Source of the DNA: Mizuhopecten yessoensis
Lineage: Eukaryota
NCBI RefSeq assembly: GCF_002113885.1
Contig: NW_018403833.1
Coordinates: 62,001-126,000, forward strand
Length of the DNA: 64,000 bases
Reading direction: 5' to 3'
Below, in pieces: positions 14,795-27,240 of the stretch (position 1 is its first letter; each line of letters begins with the position of its first letter). The notes under the pieces are model-generated. The model did no database searches. It saw only the letters and a list, made by a program, of their open reading frames with translations, and was not told the origin of the DNA. A program made the translations under genes and the position numbers.

Positions 14795-15160
14795 GGTTTG
14801 GTTTAGTATTATTTAACGTCACATCAACAGCTATGGTCATTTAATCACAACCTTCCCTGTATGCAAGATGCATGCGTGTAGTGTACGCGTGTGTTTTCGG
14901 AGGCTGCTTCGTGTTTGTCTCCTTGTGATAGCGCGGAACTGATGCAGATTTTATAGTGATACCTCACTGAAACACACTGCCGAAGACACCCAGCGGGACA
15001 CCCCACCCGGTCACATTATACTGACAACAGGCGAACTAGTCGTCCTACTCCTACATTGCTGAGCGTTAGACAGGAGTAGAAACTACCTTTTTTACAGACT
15101 TTGGTATGTCTCCACCAGGGGACAGAACCCAAAGCCTTCCTCACAGGAGCGAACGCTCAA
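14795..15160 (-). mobile_element. tRNA-derived Meta-core SINE
   Basis: Minus strand: tRNA-like head (TTGAGCGTTCG...GGGTTCTGTCCCC), core CGCTCAGCA...GTCAGTATAATGTGACCGGGTGGGG...CAGTGAGGTATCACTATAAA, and tail GACGTTAAATAATACTAAACCAAACC. Confidence 0.7.
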
Positions 15161-16184
15161 CTAAAGGCCAAAAGTGAGGCATTGTCAAGGGAGACATTAG
15201 GAAAAAGAAAGTTGTTTAGAAAGTAGAGAAAAGATAAGATCCCAAATGTAGTCGCCTCTTACGATCATGCAATGGGGGCAGCAGGTACAATTCTTACGCC
15301 CTGCCTCCCACATTCTGCAGGGGGTTTCCATTTAAGATGCGTTTTACAACAAGCAGCAGGTTATTGCAGGTTTTCTCAAGCACCGACCTGCAGGGGTGTT
15401 AGGATATCGTACTTAAACATTACACACACACCTAATATACATCGCCTCGCTCTGCTCGACCATAATCGTAATATGAGCCTCCCATATTTATTATGGTGTT
15501 TTTTTGGTTTTTTAGCGAATCAATTGCTTGCTTATTTTTATATGCGTGATTACAAAAACATTGTTCACACGATAAAATAACAAAAGGTTACAAAGGACTG
15601 AATATAAACCATTCGTAATAACAAAAATGATAATAAATAGTAAGAACAAGGGATTTTAAGAATAAGCAGATTTAAACCATTAGTTTCAGCACTATTTCAT
15701 GGTTTTATGATATAGCCATCGTTTTCTCAAATTAGTGCAAGCATCACATTTCCTTATCTGTTGTTCAGAAATTCATCACAATTGATTAAGTCCACACAGC
15801 TCAGAGTAAAGTGCAAATCGGAGTCTGAAGCAGGACAGGCGTCAGCCACTGTAGCATTGCCACTCATAGTAACATCACTCCAGTGCTTGCTTGTGAGCAA
15901 CTTAAGTGGGTCAAGTGAAGGATATAGACCAAAACGTGTGTAGTGTTAAAAATAGAGATGTGTAAAATGTCACCGAGTAAAATAGAGACGGGGGTTTGGA
16001 GGTTGGGGCCCTCACACGACAGAAACAATATATAGACAAGGCTTAAAGTGTTGTGCTCCTGGTTTATTAACTTTCTGTAAAGCAAAAATGCGATAATTTG
16101 AAAATAAACAAGAGACCGGATGGAAATTGCAAAAACTGAAAATCAACTGAAATCAATCATCAGACACGTATTGGACTTATAACA

Positions 16185-16690
16185 ACAGACCAAGGATAAC
16201 AGACCAAGGACACTACTCTAGAACAATAATACCAGAGTTTAGACCAATCACACAATCTTAAGAGTCTGGACGAATACTAAAAGAGTCTAGAACTATAACA
16301 CCATAGTTAGGACCACTAACACCAGAGTCTAGACCAATAGCACAAGAGGTAAGACCAATAACACCAGAGCTTTGACCAATAACATCAGAATTGAGACCAA
16401 TAACACCTGAGTCTAAACCAATAACACCTGAGTCTAAACAAATAACACCAAATTTAAGACCTATAACAACAGTCTAAACCAATAACAAAGGTTAGACGAA
16501 TAACACCAGAGTTTAGCCCAATAATAAAAGCGTCTAGACAAATAACACCAAAGTTTAAACCTACAACACCAGAGTTTAGACCAATAACACCAGATTTTTT
16601 ACCAATCACATCCGTCTTTACCAATAACACCAGAATTTATACCAATAACACCAGAGTCTTTACCAATAACACAGGACCAAGATAACAGAC
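16185..16690. repeat. Degenerate minisatellite, ~21-bp unit AGACCAATAACACCAGAGTCT
   Basis: CCAATAACACC recurs with ~21-bp spacing. Confidence 0.85.
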
Positions 16691-17101
16691 CAAAAGAGTA
16701 GACAAATAATATAAGACCAAAGACACGAGAGATAAGAGATGGTGATTTGTCAGTCTATGAGTTAGTACGTGCCACCACAATCCCGCCGCACACGTACGCC
16801 GTGTGCTTTCGTGACATGGTAACACGCACAGCTGTGTGCAGTGGACACGGCAAAGGACAAGCTAATGTAGCAACGACGTAACCTAGTAAATGGCGTTGAT
16901 TCCATTTAAGGCGAAATATTACACGTCTGTATCAGGATGATATAATAGTCCATCGATTTTATGGGGTTTTTGTGTGTGTGTGAATGTTCAGTATTAGAGA
17001 ATACACGATCGCAGGAAACCAGCTATAATTAGCCACGTCATCATTCGGGACCTCTCGGATTTATAGGAATCAAGTAAGGTACATAGTGATTGTTCGGAGG
17101 C

Positions 17102-18191
17102 ATGAATCTTGTTCTATCATTACATTTGCTGATATTGCGATTGGTTATAACGTCTTTGCGAGCAGAATATTTACAACACACGAACCGTACTACCTATGTC
17201 GATACGTTCCTACAGAGGCGGGCCCCGGGACTCCGGGCCCCAAAGAAACTTTGGTGGGCCAAGGAGCTGACGCCCGACTTTCACGTCGCTGGCAGGTTGT
17301 CCGAACGACAGATCAAATACGCAGCTGACGGAGGATTTAAAAGCATTGTGTCCTTGTTTCATGATGATGAACCATCCCAAATCGGCGATGAGTATCTGCC
17401 CACTAGTGCCGAAGCTGCAGAGATCGCACAACTAGCCGGTCTAGATTATCGAGTTGTACTGGAGTCTGATAATTGCGATTGGGCATCAGTAGTAGCCGTC
17501 GAGAAAATATCTGCCATTATTCCAACATTAAAAAAGCCTATTCTCCTCCATTGTAATCGAGCTTACACGATAGCATTCACGACCATGATGTACTTAGCCA
17601 ACGCTTCAAAACACGACCAAAATTTCACACCTCAAGTCAACACAGAAAACATATTCAAGATGGCCGCCGTCATGGGCTTAGATTTTACTATGGACTTCAC
17701 GCTAGAGACTGTAGCGAAAATCAACAGCGAAACGATTCCGGAGAATTTACCTCAACCAAATGTGGTGCCAGAGGAATGGTATGACTACTGGATGGCCCAC
17801 CCCGTGTATCAGAACTGGTTCACTGCGGGACAGATCCGCCAAAGTCACCTGGAAAATATACAAATGGCCGGCTTCATCCACGTTATCAACATGAGAATGG
17901 GAGTTGATGACGAAAACGGAAATCCTTCCCAAGAGCAGGTAACTCTCATCAACGTTAAAGATGGCACACCGACGTACGGAAACAAAGAGACTGGACCGCG
18001 ACAAAAACCGGACACTTTGAAGAATATTGTCATTGACTCCACAAAGAACAATTCTTTTGTGACCAAGAATTCTGACGTCAATTTCGAATCGCGTAATTCA
18101 GGAGAGTTTGGAGACGAGATTGGCTATAACGAAGACCGGGAGAGACAAGTTCTAGAAAAGGCGGGTTTCCGATACTATCATATGCCAGTCC
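17102..18191 (+). CDS. Tandem DUF442/Blh-like protein, coding exon 1B (gene model 17102-18191, 19676-19789, 21519-21694; 459 aa, ends in KDEL)
   Basis: ATG at 17102 (hydrophobic leader MNLVLSLHLLILRLVITSLRA), PILLHCNRA, TAGQI...GFIHVINMR. Phase-1 donor GTAAGT at 18192. Confidence 0.88.
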
Positions 18192-19675
18192 GTAAGTGCT
18201 ATATCATACTGGTATTCTGTTCCTTTTGTATTTTATCACAGACATACACACTATACATCTCTGCTCTTACAGTATGTGGAAAAAATACACAAATTCGTTT
18301 ATTGCAATAAAGAAATTAGGACAATTTAATAGATTGTTTTTACAATATTTCAAACTTGACATAAAGTTATAAAAAGTTTTGGAAAAATATTATTTACATT
18401 TCCATCCCTTTTGTCATACCAGTTAAGAAATAAGGTCCAGTGCTGACTCAAAATGTTGCTCTTTGTTGAAGATTTTTTGCCATGTTGAAGTTAATTACGC
18501 CATATTTGGTCGTAAGTAACAATCCTGCTTGGGGATTTTTTTCTGTAATTAATGTGTTAAAGTATGATTTACAAACATGTTTTGACTATGATTGTACACC
18601 AAAACTTGTTGGATTTTTTTTATATAAGTCTAACCAATAGCACGAGTTTAGTTGATAGATGGAATATGTCGCATTTTCTTTTCACTGTCCTACATATCCG
18701 ACACACGATGACACATTTCACCGGCACTTGTGATTTTGAGACTGTTTTACGTGTGAGACCACTTAGATGGTTCGTTAGATTTACTTTTTGAGATTATTCA
18801 AATGTTCGTGATTAGTTGAGCTTAACTGTCTTTTAGATGTTTACTTTTGTACACCTTGTATCCCCTTGTCATTGATTACGCTTGAGTTTAAAAATATATA
18901 TATGCCATTAATGAACCTGTGGTCGTGACAAGCTTGCACGCTTTATTTAATTAAAAACAAAATTGAACATTTGTCGATTTGATTTTTAAAAATCTTAAGT
19001 AAAACATTTTCATGAAGCCGCGTAATAACCTTTAAAAGGCCTTAAAGGTACCGTAATTCTCCTATAGAAACCAAAATATAAAGCTAAGGATAAGATACTG
19101 CACTGTTTTAAGTGGTAAATGCCTTCCTTGCTAGGTGACAAAAGGAGTAGGAGGAACATTTATAAACAGTTGGTCATGTTTATTTCGTCTTTGTACAATT
19201 GAAACGCATGTGAGCTGCATGGTAATATTTCAGAAGATAAATATTTCTGGAAATTCAGGACTGTCCTACTGATCACGACCTTTGTATTACTAAACTCTCA
19301 TGTAATGCCTTACATTGCTGACACGCACGAAGAGAAGTAACTTTCACCCAAAATGATATTTCAGATATTTCAGTCTTAATAATTCTGAAATATTTATAGT
19401 AAATTCTTTTTCGTCATATATCCTCGGGTGTTGTACTTGCGTTTCATTGGCTACAGACTCTACTTGCACTCGTGTCTGTAATCCGAAAATAAAATCTACC
19501 CAAGAAAACAATGACGTTATCCATGGCCCCATCTCATTTTCTTAGCCTAGTGATCCGGACTTGATTCGTTACAAATATTGGAATGTGCCATGTCCCCGGC
19601 TGGGCATCAAAATGTACAGGCTTATCCCATCATCATTCATTTGATCTAATTATACCACGTTTTGTGTATTTGCAG

Positions 19676-19789
19676 TGTCTGGTGGAAAGTTTAGCCCAGA
19701 GTTATTCGGGAAATACAAGGACAAGCTATTGGAGATCGGGAGAACGGGAGAGCCTGTCCTCGTCCATTGTGCTAGCGCCCACAGAGTCG
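19676..19789 (+). CDS. Tandem DUF442/Blh-like protein, exon 2 (domain-2 Cys loop PVLVHCASAHRV)
   Basis: TTTGCAG acceptor and GTAAGT donor; 114 bp, phase 1/1. Translates LSGGKFSPELFGKYKDKLLEIGRTGEPVLVHCASAHRV. Same length as, and homologous to, 33172-33059. Confidence 0.88.
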
Positions 19790-20214
19790 GTAAGTAGACT
19801 ACTACATACCTGTCCACAGCGGTCAGTTGTCTATAGAGGTGGGCTATACGGTTTTAGATACGTTTCCGATAATACGTAATCTATCGATGGTTGACGTCAT
19901 TTTGTTTGGGAATACGAAATTTACCAAACAAGAAACCTTTTAATGACATACCTGGTTTTGTGTTCGTGCTAGGTAGTTAATGCAATATATTTACGATTGC
20001 CACTTCCCACCCTTTTCGTCAATCCAGAGAATATTTGATGATTTATATGTATCACGCTTAAGCACTGTCGTATTCTCTCTTAATTTGGTTTATTTAGGTT
20101 TGATTTGTATTTTTCGAAGAAGAAACTATATCTGAATTTGAACTTCTTTTCACCCCCTCCATGTTATTCGATTAGTATTGTGATCTGGACCCAATGAACA
20201 AGTTATTTATAGAA

Positions 20215-20735
20215 GTCGCCTTTCTGTAGAAGTCACCTGTCTGTAGTGGTACTCATTCTGTTAAGTTCTCCTGTTACATGGAGTAGAGGTGACCTGATTG
20301 TAAAGGTCACCTGTCTGTAAAGGTCACATGACAGTAGAGGTCACCTGTTTGTAAAGTTCACCTGTTTGTAGCTTTCACCTGTCTGTAAAGGTCACCTGTC
20401 TGTAGGGGTCACCTGTCTGTAAAGGTCACCTGTCTGTAGGGGTCACCTGTGTGTATAGGTCACCTGTCTGTAAAGGTACAACCTGTCTGTAGAGTTCACC
20501 TGTCAGCAGGGGTCCGCTGCATGTAGTGGACCCCTGTTGGAAGAGGACACCGTTCATTTTGTAGAGGTTGCTATCTTTAAAGGTCACCTGTTTGTACAGG
20601 TGACCTGTCAGCAGGGGATTCACCTGTCTGTAGAGGACACCATTCATTTTGTAGAGGTTGCTATCTGTAAAGATCGCCTGTTGGTAGAGGTTATCTGTTA
20701 CTAGAGGTCGTAATATATAGAGGTCACTTGTTTGT
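20215..20735. repeat. Intronic minisatellite, 17-bp unit GTCACCTGTCTGTAGAG
   Basis: GTCACC occurs at 20391, 20408 and 20425, and so on. Confidence 0.85.
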
Positions 20736-21518
20736 ACATTTTACATCAGTGAAAGATGAAAGTTAAATGAATGAAAAGGAAGACCATATATACAGGTGTT
20801 TGAAGGACAAGGAATACTACATCCAGAGCATACGTCACTCTGGTCTTAAGACATTTAACCTATTTGCATCTACAGCCTTAATCGTAACGACAGGTTAACA
20901 ATTTTATAGATGTCACCCTAAGGTAACATGTCTGTGGAAGTCAGCTTAAGGACAGATAAACCAATGTGTGAATGTTACCTCAAGATAGATATGTATACGT
21001 CACAGCCTGCCAGGATAGGTAATCCAAATAACCAATAAACCAGGATATAGAGGTCCTTTCCGGATAACTTGTTTTGCAGGTTCACTCTAAGCACGTTAAA
21101 ACCTGTATAAAGCGGTCAATTTATATACTGGCCTCTTTGTTAATGCGATAAACGTACCACAACCTATTTGTACGTTATAATTTGTCTTGTTGTATTACTG
21201 GACAGATTGTCGTCTTTCCTTTGGTTTCAGCGTCGTTTCAGTTCCTTTTGTCGTCTTTCTTTTGATTTTGGTGACTTGTCAGTTCCTGTTGTTGTCTTTC
21301 CTTTTGTTTTGGTGTCTCCTAGATTCCTGTTGTTGTATTTCCTTTTGTTTTCGGTTTCTCTTCAATTTCTGTATTATTATTAGTATGCCGACATTGTGTT
21401 CCGATTTTATAATTGTGGGTTGATGTTTTGGTATTTTATTTCTCTATTTTACATAAAATATCATTTCTGTGATACATAACTCCACTTCAACACTGTTTCG
21501 CCTGTTTATTTTCCACAG

Positions 21519-21694
21519 CTTACATGACTGTGCTGGCCGCCGCACTACAGTACAACAAAGACCTAGACTGGGCTCTACAGAGGACGCGCGAGCTCGGATT
21601 CGTCGTGAGCCCCACCGAGCACAAGGACGTTTACCTTATGTACGCTGCCTGGTTAGACTCCAACAAGTTCAACTCTACTAAAGACGAACTTTGA
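21519..21694 (+). CDS. Tandem DUF442/Blh-like protein, terminal exon 3 ending in the ER-retention signal KDEL
   Basis: TTCCACAG acceptor. Translates AYMTVLAAALQYNKDLDWALQRTRELGFVVSPTEHKDVYLMYAAWLDSNKFNSTKDEL-TGA. AATAAA at 21901. Confidence 0.88.
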
Positions 21695-23980
21695 TCATCG
21701 TCGTAAAAAATCCTGATCGATTTGTAGTTAATATGAATTGAATGTGTGGTCTATCTTGATACTTTTGTAAATATATGAACTTTATTTTGATACAAAAAAC
21801 GTAAAAATAATCCCAGCTACAAAACAAAATGGTAATTTTTTAATTTCATTGAATTTACTTTGACCTAATGAAAATTAAGATTAAGAATGTGTAATTTCTA
21901 AATAAAAACAAAAGAAAATATAGTTTAATTTTAATAAAAATACAATTTTCAATTGTTTTTATTTGAAAGATTTCAATTATTTTCATAATATTATAAATTA
22001 TGGTTATCTGAACGTGAACTTGTTGACCCCTACATTTGTTAGTATTAATCTGTATATCAATAAATATCTGTAAAGATTTCATTCCACGCTAGCGTCAAAC
22101 AGTAAACAACTACCCATTTTAACTTAAGTTATTCGTTTTCCAGCCGTTTCAAATTCCATATCGTTATAACATCGGAACAGAAAACAATATTTGACAGAGT
22201 TTTTATACAGAAACTGTATTTTTGATTTTATATAACTACATAATGTTATTGTTTTAATTACTGTTCAATGAATCCCCATTTATTGTTAAACAGTGTGAAT
22301 ATGTCTCACTACCCTAGATCTAATGCAGAATGTCTCTTGGTGTTGAAAGTTTAGTGAACTGGATGTGTGGACTGGAAGAGAGAAGTATATGACCCGAAAG
22401 TATAACCTTTACGTTTGAAATGCGTTGTTTCTTTCATTAAGTTAGAATGTGTGTTGAATATAAAACTTATAAATTATACGCCATTTTTCCGGGTGCTGTT
22501 GTAATCTTGTTTTATCAGTATATTTAACTAAAAATTCAAAATGTCTTAAAACCTATATGCAATATACATTAACTTGATGGTTTCTGTGTGCTTCAAAATA
22601 CAAAAGAAAATGTCTCATATACAGTCAATGGTATAAGGGTATAACGTCACATTCTTCACGTATATGCATAGTTTAGACAGAAAAAACAAAGGTCACAAAT
22701 CAACTACATTAATTTTCATGTTATTTTTTTTCATTTTGTTTTATTTTTCACTTCTTTTGAGCTGTTAATTATCATGTTTCTGTCCTTTTAGCGAGAAATG
22801 CGAAATATATACAGTACAATGTAAATGTACGAGTTATCCCCCTTCTTTCGTGATTCTTTCCAAGTCATGTATGAAAGTTGATTTGTTTGTTAAAATGTTA
22901 TCGTAATAAAAATAAAAATTATATCTAATGTTAAAGAAAAATAATAAAGCTGGATATGTATTAAATACAATTTCAAATAGATTTTAACTGTCTTTGCATT
23001 TGAATTTTCCTAGTAACTGTCGCTGTATATACATACGCACGACATACATAAATTATACATATATAAAACGTGTATCGCTCATATAAAGGTGAAAAAAATG
23101 AGACTCGTCGTAGCAATTATTGATACTGACATCATAACGCACTCAAACACAAACACTTGTTCGTGGTTTTAAATACCGTGATTTTTTTTTTAATACAATA
23201 TGCCGAAATTGCATTGATATGGCATGTAGGACAATCAAACAAGACTTGTACACAAACAGAAAAACACGTCAAATCAAAGAGGATTCACATAAATCACTCA
23301 CTATGTTCCTCAACGCTTAAACGGTCATACTCTTGTGACCTTCTCCCCTACCCAATCAGCATGACATCAATAATATTATCTGTATTTGACACAATATTGA
23401 TCCGAGTATTAAATGAAAGGTGATTGACTAAAATCACAACTTATTTTACAACATTGTGTATATATTTCCAATTCACTGTTCATTTTAAAATTTTCCGACG
23501 TTATAAGCCCTTTCCAACTTAACTAATAGAGAAGAACATCTTCATTAGAGAATGTCCCCTCCTGTATATAATCACTACACTTCCGGCGTACTGAACTCTC
23601 CAGTATACATTCACCGTAGAGTATAGTAGCAGAACAATGAAGTCGTATGACTTATTTATACAGGTATCCAGATATCACAGGTTTCAGATTTGACAGGTTA
23701 CAGCTTTTGCTCGTAAGTCGTTGCCTTGTGCGAACTGTTCAGCACTTGATCGATTTATGAGGGTAGAAGAACGACGCCTTGTCTGTCACAAAATAGGTTG
23801 GTGGCTTGGATGTATACTCTTGAGGAAACGTGTTATGGTCAACAGTGTAGAGCGCATCAGAACCCATCTGAGAAGTCAAACATCTTAGTCCGGACACTGC
23901 CGTTGCCGAAAATGTATCGAACAAGGATTTGTTTTGATAAACTGTTAATGAATTAGTAAGGAACTACATTCTAAATTTCA

Positions 23981-24240
23981 TAATCCAGCCACCACTTCCG
24001 GTTGTCTCAATACTAGAATCAAGCCTTGTTAATCCAGCCACCACTTCCGGTTGTCTCACTACTAGAATCAAGCCTTGTTAGTCCAGCCACCACTTCCGGT
24101 TATGTTACTACTAGAATCAAGCCTTGTTAATCCAGCCAACAATTCCGGTTGTCTCACTATTATAATCTAGCCTTGTTAATCCAGCCAACACTTCCGGTTG
24201 TCTCACTACTAGAATCAAGCCTTGTTAATTCAGCTACCAC
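23981..24240. repeat. Minisatellite, 49-bp unit TAATCCAGCCACCACTTCCGGTTGTCTCACTACTAGAATCAAGCCTTGT, ~5 copies
   Basis: Period 49 (23981, 24030...). Confidence 0.9.
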
Positions 24241-24859
24241 TAGTCTGATTTCCCAATTATCCAGTCTCATTAATCCAACCACCACTTGTTAAGCTGTCCA
24301 AATATCCAGTTTCGTTATTCAAGCCGCCGCTAATCCGGTTGCGGTCGTTTTAATATCCAGCCGATGTTTTTTTTATAATTAGGGGACAGGTTGACCAAAG
24401 GAAAATACAAAATCTTTCATTTTAATCTCATTCGGTACAACACCCGCCAACAACAATCTTCTACGAAATATAGCAGACACCTGAAGAAATCACACACTTG
24501 TAACGTTGTAAACATCTCACCATTTATAGAACATGTTAATTCGGTGAATGTGTTATGTTCGTTTTCAAAATCACACTTACATTCCCCGAGCTATCTCTGC
24601 AAATAATTTGATCCGGTATCCTTGTTTAATTCGCCTTGGTGAGAGTTATCAATCACAATGATCAACCTTTATGTTTTTTTCTGATTTCCGGCTGACTTCA
24701 CTTTTCACAAATTCGTTCTTTAATTCCTCGATGGAATAGAAATACACATCCATGCAACATCACATTGGCACACTGATCCCAGAGAGTGGACCCAGGCGTA
24801 CTGATCCCAGAGGGTGATACCCAAGAGAGTGTTCATTGTCAATGACACCTACTTAGGAT

Positions 24860-25104
24860 TCAGTATGGAGGAGGAGGTTCGTTGTCCTCAGAGGAGGGCT
24901 CCAAATCCTCATCCTCATCATAATCCTGAATGAGGATTTCGTAACGAGGGGGCGGGTCGTATTTGTCCGCGTCATATTGATTAGCCGCTCGTCGGAGCTG
25001 AACAGGGTCCATTGCGCATGCCTCAATGTTGACAATTGTCTGAAGTATGATGTCATTGGATGTCGAAACACTGTCACGATGTCTGTGTTGAGTGTCATAC
25101 TCAT
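24860..25104 (-). CDS. SPEC3/stum-family paralog 3, exon 3 (acidic tail with PPRY and terminal PPPPY)
   Basis: TTGTAG acceptor, phase 1. Translates DEYDTQHRHRDSV...KYDPPPRYEILIQDYDEDEDLEPSSEDNEPPPPY-TGA. The true frame differs from the ORF-track frame. Confidence 0.75.
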
Positions 25105-25509
25105 CTACAACACGAGAATGAGGAATGAGATGAATATATCTTTATCTATCTAAAATCTTACAAAATCCTATCAGAACTATAAGTAACAACTAAGGCCGAA
25201 ATATAATCAATGTTGTTTGATATTTCTTGTCAAAACATATATGAAAATCAAAGAGATATTGATAAATTTACACGATTTAACTATAGTTCAAGCAAGTTGT
25301 GGTTATGGTCTGAATACTGAATGAAATGCAGTAAAGATGAAATAAAATATAATAATCAAAAATAATAATTCCGGAATATTCTCCGGCATCCGGGTCCCTT
25401 TGTGTATACTTTAACGTGTACAGTATATTGGCAAACCTAAACGGTAATAAAGAAAGAAGATGCATGTACATGTAGCCTAAAATGTGTATTTGTGCTTGTC
25501 GAGATACCG

Positions 25510-25850
25510 AACTGGTTTTGTTGTAGGATTAAACGTTCTAGTAACTGTGAAGTCATTTAAGGACATGGTTCCATGTTTGTAATGTATGTGTGCCGAAGGA
25601 AGGATGTGTTGGTGTAATCATCTCCTAGCGACTGCGCGGATCTGATATCGACTTCAGAGCGCTATCCCTATGAATTACCATCATGAAGGCAGCCAGCAGA
25701 ATATCCCTCCCGGTCACATCATACTGACAACGGGTGAACCAGTTGTTGCCGTTACCTTTAATGCTGAACGTTAGACAGGGAATAACAACTACCATTTTAA
25801 GGAATTTGGAATGTCCCGGCCTTGGGACAGATCCCATTGTGTTCTTAACT
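25510..25850 (-). mobile_element. Degenerate Meta-core SINE copy inside an intron
   Basis: Homologous to 14795-15160 (CCGGTCACATCATACTGACAACGGG...GCTGAACGTTAGACAGG). Confidence 0.6.
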
Positions 25851-27054
25851 TGGACGAACGGACAAAAATAAGATTTGCCAAGGAAGGCGCTTTGAAGCAA
25901 AAAATGTGATCTGAAGTAGAGAGAACCTGTGATTGGCCCAAATATTGCAATGGGCGCAATACATTTATATTGGTCGCATTTGTGTCTCCAAGCAGAGGGT
26001 ACAAAAACAAAACCCAATTATACAGGGGGTCCCACATGCAATGTGTAAATATGTTTCCGGGGCTCAAAACAACTACCTATTTTAACTAAAGACATCACAA
26101 TTGTCTTTATAGAACATGGTTTAATATTGAACGGTGTCGTTGACTAAATGTTTACATACACCTTACAATGGAAAGGTAACGCTGAAAGGCAGATTTTAAT
26201 TTGGCATAACTCACATTATAGAATTAATCACTGACATGGTGAATTATACACACTGTAAGTATGTCTGAGTTGCATAGCTGATTGTTGAACACTTTGTGTA
26301 AATAACACGTGTTGTTCAGCGCACTAAGAGCATTGTCATAACTCATTTGGGCGCTATGTAATTAATATATAGGATTTTCATCTCTGTGTTACGGTGAACC
26401 TCCAATGGCATGACCACCATTCGAGCAGGGTCATTTTAAAGCTTCTCATACCGGTTCTAATAACGTGAGTCAGCCAAACATGTTAGTGACGTTAGGCTGT
26501 TCCAGGAATCTCGTTTGCACTGACAACACATACTCTTCCAATATCGAAAATATAAGGAAATACATAGAATAAATATATTTAGATCAACAATAACTATACA
26601 ATTTAGGATGTAATGTATTTAATTCATTTTTTAATGTTCATACCGGAACGAACATTGAAACAAAAAGCTTTTCAATCCTTATCCTAATGGTACACGTTGT
26701 TTTATCCAGGATTTGTTCCCATCATGATCACAGGGACCTGATAATTTGTTACAGCTATTCTTGGAACTAAAGAAATGTGTTCAGAATAATTTTACACTTT
26801 TTTAGGGGTTAAGATTAATTTTCGGTAAAAGCGTCCTATATGCACTTAAAATGAGTTCTCCTTCCGCGGACATGATCTCCGTTTCCTCCAAAAACACGCC
26901 ATTTCCGACTTTTTCGCGATCATAGAGCCACTTTTGGCATATTCATAAGGTTGACGTCAGCCACGTGCCAAAACCCTTGGTTCCTGTGATCACGAGATGC
27001 CATAATTGACCGGAAGGTGCTATCTATTAAGCACCAAACTTTTCGGTACGTTAC

Positions 27055-27240
27055 CTGCGGTGCGAAGGAAGAGGATACCCCACATACAGCTCCATAACCA
27101 ACCCAGAAGGAATACAGGGGTGAGAAGAATTTGTAGAAATCCGATCACAATGTTCGCCGTACAGCTAGCACACGCCTCCGAGCAGTTCCTAACGCCGTGA
27201 CGATCACAGCAACACAGTGCAAATCCGGTCAAAATGGTTC
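27055..27240 (-). CDS. SPEC3/stum-family paralog 3, exon 2 (Cys-rich membrane segment)
   Basis: 186 bp, phase 1/1, AG/GT boundaries. GTILTGFALCCC...IGFLQILLTPVFLLGWLWSCMWG matches the stum/SPEC3 motif LQ..L...GW.WS..WG. Confidence 0.85.

Noticed and set aside
21190-21400. T-rich degenerate repeat shared with 33580-33760 in the intron of paralog C
   Set aside because: It lies in non-homologous introns (intron 2 versus intron 1), so it is most simply a dispersed repeat rather than a conserved regulatory element.
23981-24240. Regularly spaced repeats resembling a CRISPR array (also 4196-4713 and 57385-58082)
   Set aside because: There are no unique spacers and no cas genes, and the context is eukaryotic. 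These are plain minisatellites.
24853-25104. 83-aa ORF MSMTLNTD... from the ORF track
   Set aside because: Wrong frame; splice phase gives the DEYDTQ...PPPPY frame.
26495-26660. Similarity to 38035-38190 near two stum paralogs
   Set aside because: The positions relative to the genes differ (intron versus downstream), so these are likely two decayed copies of a MITE.
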